Below, in pieces: positions 16,752-26,369 of a stretch of DNA of 64,000 nucleotides; position 1 is the first letter of the stretch; the number at the start of each line of letters is the position of its first letter. The translations under genes and the position numbers were made by a program. A model generated the notes under the pieces. It had not been told where the DNA came from, searched no databases, and saw only the letters and a program-made list of their open reading frames with translations. Source of the DNA: a virus (taxonomy: Duplodnaviria > Caudoviricetes); the IMG/VR virus record IMGVR_UViG_3300038393_001263, positions 9,616 to 73,615 of that record; one strand, written 5' to 3'.

Positions 16752-16914
16752 CGACGCATTTCCCACACGCTCCCCGCGTGCCCTTCGGTGCGAGTAATCA
16801 GGTCTCCCGGTTCGACCCTCCTTCGAGGTGCGGCGGACGTCAGGCGGGCTGGAGATTCACCGCGCTCATGTCCCACCCTTCCCACGTCCCACCTCCATCG
16901 AGGGTTCCCCGCCC

Positions 16915-18378
16915 ATGTTTATCAAGCTGAAGTCCGACGCTGGCGGCCACAAGGCCGGCGCGGTCATCGAAATCCCGGATGAGGCCGTCGCTCGCGGCTA
17001 CATCGCATCCGGTCTCGCCGAAGAGTCGGACCAGAGCGGCCTCGTCGCCAGCCTGGTCGAAGCCCGACTCGGCGCGATCAACGAGAGCGTCGCCAGCACG
17101 CTCGACGAGTTCAAGCGGACGTTCCTCGACAAGACCCCCAGCAACGGCCCCCCGGCCGCGCCGGACAAGGGCGTCGAGTTCGACGGCGAGATCGAAGGGA
17201 CCGAGTCGCCCTCCGATCGCGGGGTCGACGGCAAGAACGTCTCTCGCGGCCTCGGCGAGATCCTGCAACTGATCGCCCGGACCAGCATCCACCAGCCCCA
17301 GGCCGATCGCGAGCACGCCGACGAACGGCTCGTCCGGCACTTCGAGTTGCCGAAGGTCAAGAACTCGGAAGGCGTGGTCTCCCGAACCGGCACCGAGTCG
17401 ATGAGCGGAGGCGCGACCTACGGCTACTTCATCAAGCCGGAAATCCTGAGCGGGTACTTCGAGATCGCGATGGAAGACTCGCTGATCGAGCCGTACGCGT
17501 TCAACGTCCCGGTCGGAACGACCAACGAGGTGAACTGGCCGGCCCTCGACCAGTATTTCACCCCGACCGCCGGGCAGTCGGCGGCGACGGCCGGCGTCCA
17601 GGTCTATCGCAAGAGCGAGATCCGCCAGCGGCAGGCGTCCGACGCCAAACTGCGGAACATCACGCTCAAGATCAACGACCTGACCGCATTCACGAGCGTT
17701 TCCCGCGACCTCGTGGCCGACAACTACATCGCGATCACGACCCTGCTGCCGAGCCTCTTCATGAAGGCCATGGCCTTCACGAAGGACTACGAGTTCCTGA
17801 ACGCCCAGGGCGGCGACCGCCCGATCGGGCTCCGCAACAGCGCGGCCCTGCTGACCGTCAATCGTGGAACGGCGAGCCACATCTACTTCCCGGACCTGCT
17901 CAAGATGCTCAGCATCTTCGACCAGAGCCGGCTCAAGAGCGCGATGTGGATCGCCCACCAGTCGACCTACACCGAACTGGCCGCGATCAAGGATTCGTCC
18001 GGAACTTTCGCGTTCCAGCCGAACGCCCTCATCACCCAGGCCGCGATGTTCTCCGCGATCAGCGGGACGAAGTCGGGCGGGATGAACTTCGCCGCGCAGG
18101 GAACCCTGCACGGCCTGCCGATCCGGTTCACCAGCGACAAGCTGGAAATCCTCGGCACGGCGGGCGACCTGATGCTGATCGACCCCAGCCAGTACGGCGT
18201 CGCCAACCGCTCGGGGATCGAGGTCGGCGTCAGCGATCAGTTCCTCTTCGACCAGGACCAGCTTTGCTACAAGTGGAAGCTCCGCAACGACGGGCAGTCG
18301 CTCTGGTCCGGTCCTCGCCTGTCGACGACCCCGGCCGGCGGCCTGTTCAAGACCTCGCCGTTCGTCACCCTCGTCTGA
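16915..18378 (+). CDS. HK97-fold major capsid protein paralog 2 (long N-terminal extension)
   Basis: GYFIKPE, SRDLVAD, PIGLRN, GDLMLIDPSQY, YKWKLRNDG; about 165-aa N-terminal region. Confidence 0.9.
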   Translation: MFIKLKSDAGGHKAGAVIEIPDEAVARGYIASGLAEESDQSGLVASLVEARLGAINESVASTLDEFKRTFLDKTPSNGPPAAPDKGVEFDGEIEGTESPSDRGVDGKNVSRGLGEILQLIARTSIHQPQADREHADERLVRHFELPKVKNSEGVVSRTGTESMSGGATYGYFIKPEILSGYFEIAMEDSLIEPYAFNVPVGTTNEVNWPALDQYFTPTAGQSAATAGVQVYRKSEIRQRQASDAKLRNITLKINDLTAFTSVSRDLVADNYIAITTLLPSLFMKAMAFTKDYEFLNAQGGDRPIGLRNSAALLTVNRGTASHIYFPDLLKMLSIFDQSRLKSAMWIAHQSTYTELAAIKDSSGTFAFQPNALITQAAMFSAISGTKSGGMNFAAQGTLHGLPIRFTSDKLEILGTAGDLMLIDPSQYGVANRSGIEVGVSDQFLFDQDQLCYKWKLRNDGQSLWSGPRLSTTPAGGLFKTSPFVTLV

Positions 18379-18403
18379 TCACTCATCCCGGAGGTTTACC
18401 CTA

Positions 18404-18862
18404 ATGTTCGCATCTCGCAAGTTCCGGGACGTGTTCAGCGAGCTGAACGCCGGACTCTCGCCCGCCGTCTATGCGGCCGGCTCCTCGATCGGCTCGGCCA
18501 TCCCCATGACCGGCCGAAGCAAGATCGCCTTCCACCTGGACATGGGTTCGGGCGGGGCGGCCTCGGTCCAGATGTTGATCTACGCCGCGCCGACCTCGGC
18601 CGGCACCGGGTCGATTCTCGTCGGCTCGACCGGGCTGGCGTACGCCTCGGCGACGTCGGCCTCGGGCGGAACCTACGTCACGGAAGTCCGGGGCGAATAC
18701 CTCGGCGACCGTAGCGCGGGCACGTGGGTCTTCCCGGTCCTGTCAGTGTCGGGTGCTTCGGTCGTCGCCGCCGTCCACGCCAATGGTTTCGTTGAGCGTT
18801 ACACCCCGGCGTACAACCAGGACACGCCCGCCTACGTCAAAGGCGAAACCTTGCTATATTGA
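18404..18862 (+). CDS. probable head decoration protein
   Basis: A/G/S-rich beta protein directly after the capsid genes. Confidence 0.5.
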   Translation: MFASRKFRDVFSELNAGLSPAVYAAGSSIGSAIPMTGRSKIAFHLDMGSGGAASVQMLIYAAPTSAGTGSILVGSTGLAYASATSASGGTYVTEVRGEYLGDRSAGTWVFPVLSVSGASVVAAVHANGFVERYTPAYNQDTPAYVKGETLLY

Positions 18863-18887
18863 TTAGCTTCCATCATTAGTTTACAAT
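18859..18887 (+). promoter_or_regulatory. sigma70-like promoter of the HNH-AP2 gene
   Basis: TTGATT-17 nt-TACAAT; downstream GGTGCCAGG...CCTGGCACC hairpin. Confidence 0.6.
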
Positions 18888-18980
18888 GATGGTTGTCAAT
18901 GAAATGCCGAAGCTGATCCCTTCGGTTTAGGTGCCAGGTCGAGTGGTCGGCCTGGCACCGCCCTTACCACTGAGGAAGAT

Positions 18981-19640
18981 ATGGCCCTGTTGCCGCTCTA
19001 CCGCAGGATTGGAACTATTTCCAACCGGTACGCCAAATTCCCAGAAGACTACGAAATAGCCGGGCATTCCCAGATCGACGACGACGCAGCCGAACTCGAA
19101 GAGATCCAAAAAAGAAGATGGCTTCTTGCCGAAGCCAAAGGCGTCAGCGTCAAGTACGGACGATCGTTTGAGCGCATAGATGGCAAGTATAAGTCCGTGT
19201 TGCTTCATAGGCTTGTGTGGACTCTGCGTCGGGGTTTGATTCCTCGAAACATGGTGATCGATCACATCAATCACGACGGTCTTGACAACAGAATTGCCAA
19301 TCTGCGGGTCGTCACCCAGGCCGACAACAGCAAGCATTGCCGCCTCCAGTCGAACAGCAAATCCGGGTACATCGGCGTTGATTCGGCAAAGCACCGCTCG
19401 CACCTGTATAACTGCCATTCGGCCTACATTTGTCCCAACGCCAAAAAGAAATCCCTTGGATGTTACCCGACTCCGCAGGAGGCTGCGGTCGCCCGAGACA
19501 TCGCCGCGTCAATCCTCTATGCCGAATTCTTCGTATCCAACGACATCCCCAAAACGGAAGTCTCGGTGGAGCGGCGAGAGGAAATACGCATGGTCGTCGA
19601 GAAGCATCTGAGAAGGCACTCGCTGATCGCATCGTCCTGA
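18981..19640 (+). CDS. free-standing HNH endonuclease with AP2 domain
   Basis: IDHINHDGLDNRIANLRVVT; SGYIGV...LGCYPTPQEAAVARD. Confidence 0.85.
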   Translation: MALLPLYRRIGTISNRYAKFPEDYEIAGHSQIDDDAAELEEIQKRRWLLAEAKGVSVKYGRSFERIDGKYKSVLLHRLVWTLRRGLIPRNMVIDHINHDGLDNRIANLRVVTQADNSKHCRLQSNSKSGYIGVDSAKHRSHLYNCHSAYICPNAKKKSLGCYPTPQEAAVARDIAASILYAEFFVSNDIPKTEVSVERREEIRMVVEKHLRRHSLIASS

Positions 19641-19671
19641 TCGGCATTCCCTTCCCTCTTGAGAGCCCCTT

Positions 19672-20637
19672 ATGCATCCGAAGCTCACGGTCGGCGTCCC
19701 GCACCTGGACCGCACCGAATTCCTCGGCAAGACGATCGACTGCCTGCTGAATCAGGTGGTCCCCTGCAAGATCCTCGTCGCGGACCAGGGCAAGACCGAC
19801 GCCACGTTCGAGCTGATGCAGACCTACAAGGACAATCCGCTCGTCTCCCACGTTCCCACCGAGGCCACGTGCCTCTGGGAGAACTGGCAGGCCGCCGCCG
19901 ACTCCGCGATGGAGGACGGGGCCGAATACTTCGCGTGGTGCCAGGACGACGACATCGTCCACCCGCGCTATTCCGAGCGGATCGTCGCCGCCTTCGACAC
20001 CTTCCCTGACGCCTCGACGTGGACGGCCGTCCTGTCGATCGCCGAATACGAACACCTGGCCATGTGGTGGACCGGCGTCGGGCCTCCGATCCCGATGGAT
20101 CTGCTCCGCAATCGGCCTACCGTCATTGACGGGATGATGCTCGTCCCCTTCTCGTACTGCTCCAGTTGGGCCTTGTCGCCGGCCGCCGCGTTCCGTTGCG
20201 GCGAGGGTTTCAGGGAAGCCCTCCGCGAAGTGCCGACGCACTGCGACCTGTACACCGAGCGGACGATCCTCGCGGCGATGGGCCGCAAGGGCAAGGTCGT
20301 GTGCGACCCCGTCCGCATCGGCTACTGGCGACACCACGGCAAGAACGAATCCTACCGCCAGAACCTCGTCGAGAGGCCCCGGCAGCAGGAAGCGTTCCTC
20401 GAATACACCGACCGGCTGATGGACGACCTGCCGAACTGGCGCGACCAGTTCGAGGAATGGGCGAAGATCATGCCGAACCCGAGTCTTCGCGGCTACCTGG
20501 CGAGCATGGAAGGCTTGGAGTCGAGATACATCTACGCGGTGGCCGATTGCCTTACGCGATCGATGCGAGAAGAACGGCTATACGACGATCTCAGGGCCGA
20601 GATGTTTCCGGAGCTGGACGCTCCTCTGGTGGTTTAG
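19672..20637 (+). CDS. glycosyltransferase family 2 (GT-A)
   Basis: LTVGVPHLDR...ILVADQG...FAWCQDDD. Confidence 0.85.
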   Translation: MHPKLTVGVPHLDRTEFLGKTIDCLLNQVVPCKILVADQGKTDATFELMQTYKDNPLVSHVPTEATCLWENWQAAADSAMEDGAEYFAWCQDDDIVHPRYSERIVAAFDTFPDASTWTAVLSIAEYEHLAMWWTGVGPPIPMDLLRNRPTVIDGMMLVPFSYCSSWALSPAAAFRCGEGFREALREVPTHCDLYTERTILAAMGRKGKVVCDPVRIGYWRHHGKNESYRQNLVERPRQQEAFLEYTDRLMDDLPNWRDQFEEWAKIMPNPSLRGYLASMEGLESRYIYAVADCLTRSMREERLYDDLRAEMFPELDAPLVV

Positions 20638-20833
20638 GCTCCCAGAGGACGCAGCCAAAATCCTCGTGCACGCAAAGCGACGCCCTTGCGTTTGGCGCTT
20701 CATGCAAGATGATTACGGCTAATCCCTTGGGAACAGGGCGTTTTTCGTCGCCGATCATGCCACAGAATCCTTCCTCTTGACAATAGGTGCTTCGATAGAA
20801 ACACCTGCACGTCCCGCATCTTTTTTCAGCCAT
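20591..20833 (-). CDS. small Cys-rich protein, paralog 3
   Basis: CGTC...GFC...DFGCVLWE. Confidence 0.7.
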   Translation of the reverse strand: MAEKRCGTCRCFYRSTYCQEEGFCGMIGDEKRPVPKGLAVIILHEAPNARASLCVHEDFGCVLWEPKPPEERPAPETSRP

Positions 20834-21089
20834 TCTTGGACTCCCACAAGACGCAGCCGAATTCGGGGCGTACGTTCAGCGATGCCGAATAGTCTTCGAT
20901 GTCGGTCGTGAAGGCAAGGCAATCGGGCTCGGGCTTGTTTTCGTGGTCATACGGAAGCCTATTGAGTTTGATCGCCCGGCATTTCCCGAAGGCGTATCGA
21001 TCGCCGGGCTCCATGATGTCTGCTCTCATGAAGTCCTTCCTGAGAAGGCCGCCGAACCATTTGCACGTCCCGCATAGCTTGTCAGTCAT
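20826..21089 (-). CDS. small Cys-rich protein, paralog 2
   Basis: CGTC...GKC...EFGCVLWE. Confidence 0.7.
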   Translation of the reverse strand: MTDKLCGTCKWFGGLLRKDFMRADIMEPGDRYAFGKCRAIKLNRLPYDHENKPEPDCLAFTTDIEDYSASLNVRPEFGCVLWESKNG

Positions 21090-21318
21090 TCTTCTGCTCC
21101 CACAAGACACACCCGAAGTCGCGTTTGCACACCAAGTCCGACCGTTCTCTGCTGATCGTGTAGACGATACGGTCAAAAAAATCATCAAACGGCTCGTGTT
21201 CCATGACGTCGTATTGATCTATATTGCCGATCCGCTTACAGAAACCCCAAGTGGCCGGCGGCTGATAGTCTTCGTTCTTGGTCTCGTAGTGTTTGCACGT
21301 CCCGCATAACTTCTCCAT
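21082..21318 (-). CDS. small Cys-rich protein, paralog 1
   Basis: CGTC...GFC...DFGCVLWE; TGATG-coupled to the upstream methyltransferase-GT gene. Confidence 0.7.
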   Translation of the reverse strand: MEKLCGTCKHYETKNEDYQPPATWGFCKRIGNIDQYDVMEHEPFDDFFDRIVYTISRERSDLVCKRDFGCVLWEQKND

Positions 21319-22997
21319 CACTTTCCCACCTCCTTCAACTCGGGCAGCCTCTCGAACAACTGACTCTCCAGTTCCGCCTTCTCGTCCAGCAACTTGTTGA
21401 ACCAGTCGGCCCGATTGCGGTAGTGGCCGGCGAGCATGCGGTTGTTGACGATGTTCGTATAGGCCGACTCGGCGGTGCCGCTGCGGACATGGTGATCCAA
21501 AGCATAGCGGATCATCATCTCGGGGTGTCCCGTTCCCAAATTGAGTACGGTGCGATCCCCGAGAATCCACGGGTCGCGGTCGTTTCTTAGCACCGCCACG
21601 CCCTCTGCCCCGCACTCGATCTGAGTGATGTCGCTCTTGCACCGATTGAGCCGCGTGTCGCCAAGGGCCAAAATCGCCACGTCGCACGTTCTTAGCAACG
21701 CCCGGTATTTCTCGTAGGGCTGGAACGCATAGAACGTCTTATGCTTCGTCTCAAGGGCGTCGTAGAGATCCCGGTCATGAACGACGACGAAGTGGCACCG
21801 ATCGGGGCGTCCGGCGACAACCTCGTTGACGATCTTGACGACGTCCCCCCAGTCCTCACGCTTCCGTTGCCCTCCCATATAGATGCGGACGACGTCGGAT
21901 TCGACGTACTCTCGTTTTGGTCCGATGGCCTTGATCTGATTCGGGAACACCGCGACATTCGGGTTGATCGGACGGACGAGTTCGGCGATCGCCTCGGTGC
22001 TGACGCTGATCGCGTGGCAAGCCTTCAACGCCCATTCGACGCTCGGAACCTTGAGCTTGCTTCGGAACCCTTCGTACCACGGGTCGTCGTCCCACTCGCC
22101 GACGATGAGGCAGCCGTCCTTCAGATGCTTTCGCACGGCTTCCTCTGCGATATTGAAGCGTTGGCGTACAACGACTACGGCTTCCCCCGGCTCGACCTCT
22201 GTCGGGACTTCCGAATAACGGAATCCGGGAATGGTCGCGAGGAATTGACCGGGTTCGGTGAGACGCGGGCGGGCGCAGCAGGCTTCGGCGGTGAAGCCAC
22301 GAATGAGGATGCGTCGGGAAACTGGATCCGCCTTGAACCCGTGAATGATCCACTGGTACGCCTGGCACCCCTCGCGGAACTTCGCGACGTCGGGAGCAAG
22401 GCCGAACTGCTTGACCGCGTCGATCAAGACCGAGCCGCCTGGGTCCAGATTACGCGGGACGATCTTGGCGACGCTTAGGCCAGCCGCCTCGAACATGTCG
22501 ATCAGCGACTTCTTCGTGAACCAGCGGAGATGAGTCCGGTCGAAAGTCCCGGAGTCCATCAGAGGCCATTCGCCGTGCAGCAGCGCGGTGATCGCCCGCC
22601 AGTGCTGGATGTTCGGCACGCAGGCGACGATGGAACCGCCGTCGGCCAAATAGTTGTCGACGCAGGCTTTCAGGACCGCGTGTGGATCTCGCAAGTGTTC
22701 TAGGACATCGCCAAACGCCAAGGCGTCGAATCGCTCGTCATCGTCGCAGCCGTATTCGTCGAGAAACCGTTCGATCGGCAGCGAGTAGACCGACGACAAT
22801 CGGCCGCTCTTTTCAGCCTCGGTCGCCGCCTCATAGTTCGCCTCGACCCCGATGTAATGGCACTTCGGATTGATGAGGCGATACCTCGCCGCCAGCGCCC
22901 CGGTTCCGCATCCGACCTCCAGAACGCGTTTCGCGTCGGGCGGCAGCATGGCGAGAAGGTCGAAATTCACGTTGTTGTAATAGTCGGGGACGGCCAT
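21318..22997 (-). CDS. class I SAM methyltransferase fused to a GT-B-like glycosyltransferase
   Basis: VLEVGCGTG, FGDVLEHLRDP, HLRWFT; C-terminal ISVSTEAIA...VFPN and NRCKSDITQIE. Confidence 0.8.
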   Translation of the reverse strand: MAVPDYYNNVNFDLLAMLPPDAKRVLEVGCGTGALAARYRLINPKCHYIGVEANYEAATEAEKSGRLSSVYSLPIERFLDEYGCDDDERFDALAFGDVLEHLRDPHAVLKACVDNYLADGGSIVACVPNIQHWRAITALLHGEWPLMDSGTFDRTHLRWFTKKSLIDMFEAAGLSVAKIVPRNLDPGGSVLIDAVKQFGLAPDVAKFREGCQAYQWIIHGFKADPVSRRILIRGFTAEACCARPRLTEPGQFLATIPGFRYSEVPTEVEPGEAVVVVRQRFNIAEEAVRKHLKDGCLIVGEWDDDPWYEGFRSKLKVPSVEWALKACHAISVSTEAIAELVRPINPNVAVFPNQIKAIGPKREYVESDVVRIYMGGQRKREDWGDVVKIVNEVVAGRPDRCHFVVVHDRDLYDALETKHKTFYAFQPYEKYRALLRTCDVAILALGDTRLNRCKSDITQIECGAEGVAVLRNDRDPWILGDRTVLNLGTGHPEMMIRYALDHHVRSGTAESAYTNIVNNRMLAGHYRNRADWFNKLLDEKAELESQLFERLPELKEVGK

Positions 22998-23080
22998 TTT
23001 TTCCTCGCTCTGTTGACGGCTGAAAGACACGGCCAACAACAATATCAAACGGCAATGATTTTTGCAAGTGGAGCCGCCTC

Positions 23081-23323
23081 GTGGACCTACGCTGCACCAT
23101 CACCCCCGTCCCCGGAGCGGTGAGCATCCCGTTCGCCGAGGACTTCCTCGTGTCGGTGAAGTTCATCGACTCGGAGACCGGCGCGGTCGTCGGTGATTAC
23201 TCGGGCGACAAGGCCGTTCTTGTCTCCACGCTGCTCGCCTCGATGCCGGCCGAAGTCCTCGCCCAACTCGTGAACGAGACCGCCGTGAGAATGGTCGCTA
23301 TCGCAAGAGGCGTTCCCATGTAG
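23081..23323 (+). CDS. hypothetical protein
   Basis: 80-aa ORF resuming the + strand structural block. Confidence 0.5.
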   Translation: MDLRCTITPVPGAVSIPFAEDFLVSVKFIDSETGAVVGDYSGDKAVLVSTLLASMPAEVLAQLVNETAVRMVAIARGVPM

Positions 23324-23411
23324 TGGTTGTTCGACTCGACAAAATCAATGACATTTGGTATTGTCATCAACCAGTGACGATCATCAAATGCCTTGGATTT
23401 TGGAGAGACGA

Positions 23412-24026
23412 ATGGGCAAGTTGGGGGCCGATGTGGCCGGGCAGAGGTTCGGTCGACTTACTGCAATTGAAAAGGTTCGCAATAAAAGAAACGAGCCGGC
23501 GTGGCGATGCGTCTGCGACTGCGGCAAGGAGAAGATTGCCGTTGTTCACAAGTTGACTTCCGGCCACACGGTCTCCTGCGGTTGCGCTCGGACGAAGCAC
23601 GGGACGAGCCATACACGCGCGTATGAAGCGATCAAGAACGCCATTAAACGGTGTTCCAATCCAGATACGCCGGGATGGGATCGCTACGGCGGACGAGGGA
23701 TCACAGTCTGCGAAAGATGGCTCCGTGATCCCGCCGCGTTTGTGGCTGACATGGGCGAACCGAAGGAAGGCTTCACCCTTGAAAGACTCGACGTTCACAA
23801 GGGCTACGAACCTGGAAACTGCGTCTGGGCTACAAGGCAAGACCAAGCCAGAAACAGAGAAAACACTCTGATGGTCTCGTTCCGCAACGAGACCAAAAGC
23901 CTGGCCGAGTGGGCCGACATTCTGAATGTTCGCTACCTCACGCTCTACAAGAGGCTAGGGCGAGGCTGGAGCGTCGAACAGGCGTTCACGATCCCAATGG
24001 GTCAACGACTGAAAAGGATCGAGTAG
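23412..24026 (+). CDS. free-standing HNH endonuclease
   Basis: GQRFGRLT, CVCDCG, SCGC, YGGRGITVCERW, TLERLDVHKGYEPGNCVWAT. Confidence 0.85.
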   Translation: MGKLGADVAGQRFGRLTAIEKVRNKRNEPAWRCVCDCGKEKIAVVHKLTSGHTVSCGCARTKHGTSHTRAYEAIKNAIKRCSNPDTPGWDRYGGRGITVCERWLRDPAAFVADMGEPKEGFTLERLDVHKGYEPGNCVWATRQDQARNRENTLMVSFRNETKSLAEWADILNVRYLTLYKRLGRGWSVEQAFTIPMGQRLKRIE

Positions 24027-25138
24027 TGACCGCGTATTATATATCGACGACTGGCTCGGACTCGACTGGAGACGGGCTTAGTCCGTCCACAGCCTGGGCC
24101 TCGTTTTCGAAGGCTCTCTCCATCACCGCTTCGGGTTCCGGCGACACGATCTACGCGGCCCCCGGAATCTATCGCGGCGTGGCGACGATGAGCGTCACGC
24201 CGACGTCGTCGAGCCCGCTCTTGATTATCGGCGACAACACCGGGTCGATCTTCGGCGTCTCGCCCGGCGTGGTGGACTGGCGGGCTTGGACGAACGACAC
24301 GACGCCGATCGGCACCAACACGCTCGCGGCGGTCGGCAAGTCCTACGTCACGATGAAGGGCCTGAAGATCACGGGTGGAAGCGGCTCGTGCGCCTTCCTG
24401 TCGGCCGACTGCACGAACTGGACGATCCAGGACTGCATCTTCATATCCTACCTGAACAACCAGTGCCTCCAGTATTCCGGCGCGACGTCGGGCACGGTCT
24501 GGAATTCCATCGTCGACCGCTGCGACTTCATCGCCAGCACGAGCAACTGCATCACGTTCGCCGTCCCCCTGAACGCCTCCGAGTACAGCGCCAACATCAC
24601 GGTCCAGAACAGCCGCTTCTGGACGCGCGGCAACGGAGTCGTCCTGCAATCGGCGGCGACGGGTTCGTTCCTCGGGACCGGCGTCGCGATCCAGAGTTGC
24701 GATTTCCATTGGGCGAGCACGGCGGTCAACGTCTACGCGTCCAACGCGATCAACATGACGACGCCGATCAGCATCCGGGGCTGCTACGTCCACGGGGCGC
24801 AGACGGGGTTCGGGGCCAACAATACGACGCAGGTCGCGGAAGATCGGAACATCATCCTCGCCTCGACGCCGCGATCCAGCGTCAGCATCGGGGCCAACTC
24901 GACGACCGTCGCCGCCTCCGCGTTCAACATCAACGACGAGCGGCTGACCGGCGCCCAGATCCGGCCGTTCTTCGAGCCGATGGCGACCAGCCCGTTCCTC
25001 GCCTGGTTCACGGACGGGGCGACGCCCGCCGTGGACGTCTGGAACCAGAACCGCCCCGCCACGGCCTCGGCGGGAGCCCTCGAACGCGACACGTTCCCCA
25101 CCGGCACCGTCATCAACATCTTCCAGTCCGAGAGCTGA
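24026..25138 (+). CDS. right-handed beta-helix (pectate-lyase-like) virion protein
   Basis: YYISTTGSD...GDTIYAAPGIY followed by I.DC.F / V.N..F coils. Confidence 0.7.
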   Translation: MTAYYISTTGSDSTGDGLSPSTAWASFSKALSITASGSGDTIYAAPGIYRGVATMSVTPTSSSPLLIIGDNTGSIFGVSPGVVDWRAWTNDTTPIGTNTLAAVGKSYVTMKGLKITGGSGSCAFLSADCTNWTIQDCIFISYLNNQCLQYSGATSGTVWNSIVDRCDFIASTSNCITFAVPLNASEYSANITVQNSRFWTRGNGVVLQSAATGSFLGTGVAIQSCDFHWASTAVNVYASNAINMTTPISIRGCYVHGAQTGFGANNTTQVAEDRNIILASTPRSSVSIGANSTTVAASAFNINDERLTGAQIRPFFEPMATSPFLAWFTDGATPAVDVWNQNRPATASAGALERDTFPTGTVINIFQSES

Positions 25139-25144
25139 GGTCCA

Positions 25145-26356
25145 ATGGCCGACAATATTGAACTGAGCCCCGGCGCAGGCGGCGCGAAGATGCGGGCCTA
25201 CAAGGACGCGTCGGGCAACACCTACGCCCCGGCCGCCGTCGTCTACATGACCTCGACGACCGACGGCGCGGCCGTCGCGCAGCCGGTGCAGGTCGGCCAC
25301 GGCCTCCCGGTCCAGCAGGACGGGACGTTCGTCGTGAACCCCGGCGACACGCCGAACACCAATCCCTGGCTGACCTCCATCGCGCAGGGCGGCAACACGG
25401 CGATCGTCAACGGCAGCGGCCAGTTGACCGTCCTCGCGGCGATCGACGGCACCGTGGCGGTCGGCTCGATCGCGTCGATCACCAACCCCGTTACGGTGGT
25501 CCAACCGACTCCCGCAAGCCTCACCTGCACCGCGAACATCGCCGCCGGCCAGACCCTCGCGACGGTGACGAACGTCGGCTCGGTGACGAGCGTGACCAAT
25601 CCGGTCACGGTGGCCCAGAACACCCCCGGCAACCTGCTCGCGACCGTCTCGATCGCGTCGGCCCAGACCCTCGCGAACGTGACCACGGTGGGGACGATCA
25701 CGAACCCGGTCACGGTCGCGCAGGCGACGGCCGCGAACCTCAAGGCGACGGTCAACATCGCGGCGGCTCAGACGCTCGACACGGTGACGACCGTCGCCGC
25801 CGTGACCAGCATCACGAACCCGGTGACGATCGTCCAGGCCACCGCCGCGAACCTGAACGCGACCGTGTCCATCGCCGCCAACCAGACGGTGGCCAACGTC
25901 ACCACCGTCAGCACCATCACCAATCCCGTGACCGTGGCGCAGGCGACCGCTTCCAGCCTCAACTGCACGGCGATCATCGGGGCCGGGACGAACCTGATCG
26001 GCAAGGCGGCCGTCGGCCAGGATACGAGCGCGATCTACAACGGCGCGACCGCCCTGACGCCTTCGTACGCGGTCATCTCGGCCAGTTCGTCCGGCGACAA
26101 CCAGATCGTCGCGGCGCAGGTCGGCAAGAAGATCCGCGTGCTCCAGTGGAGCCTGACGTCGAACGGCACCGTCTCGGCGACCTGGCGATCGGGCACGACG
26201 CCGATCACCGGGGCTCGGCCGCTGATCCAGTACGCCTCGTGCGGCGGCTCGTTCTCGCCGATCGGGCGGTTCGAGACGGCGGCGGGTTCGGCGCTGAATC
26301 TGAACCTCTCGGGCGCGACCGCCGTCGGCGGGGAGATCGCCTACGTCCTGATTTGA
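25145..26356 (+). CDS. Thr/Ala/Val-rich fibre protein with about five 35-38-aa tandem repeats
   Basis: repeated ITNPVTVxQxTxxxLxxTxxIAxxQT. Confidence 0.75.
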   Translation: MADNIELSPGAGGAKMRAYKDASGNTYAPAAVVYMTSTTDGAAVAQPVQVGHGLPVQQDGTFVVNPGDTPNTNPWLTSIAQGGNTAIVNGSGQLTVLAAIDGTVAVGSIASITNPVTVVQPTPASLTCTANIAAGQTLATVTNVGSVTSVTNPVTVAQNTPGNLLATVSIASAQTLANVTTVGTITNPVTVAQATAANLKATVNIAAAQTLDTVTTVAAVTSITNPVTIVQATAANLNATVSIAANQTVANVTTVSTITNPVTVAQATASSLNCTAIIGAGTNLIGKAAVGQDTSAIYNGATALTPSYAVISASSSGDNQIVAAQVGKKIRVLQWSLTSNGTVSATWRSGTTPITGARPLIQYASCGGSFSPIGRFETAAGSALNLNLSGATAVGGEIAYVLI

Positions 26357-26369
26357 CGGAGCAACCGCG

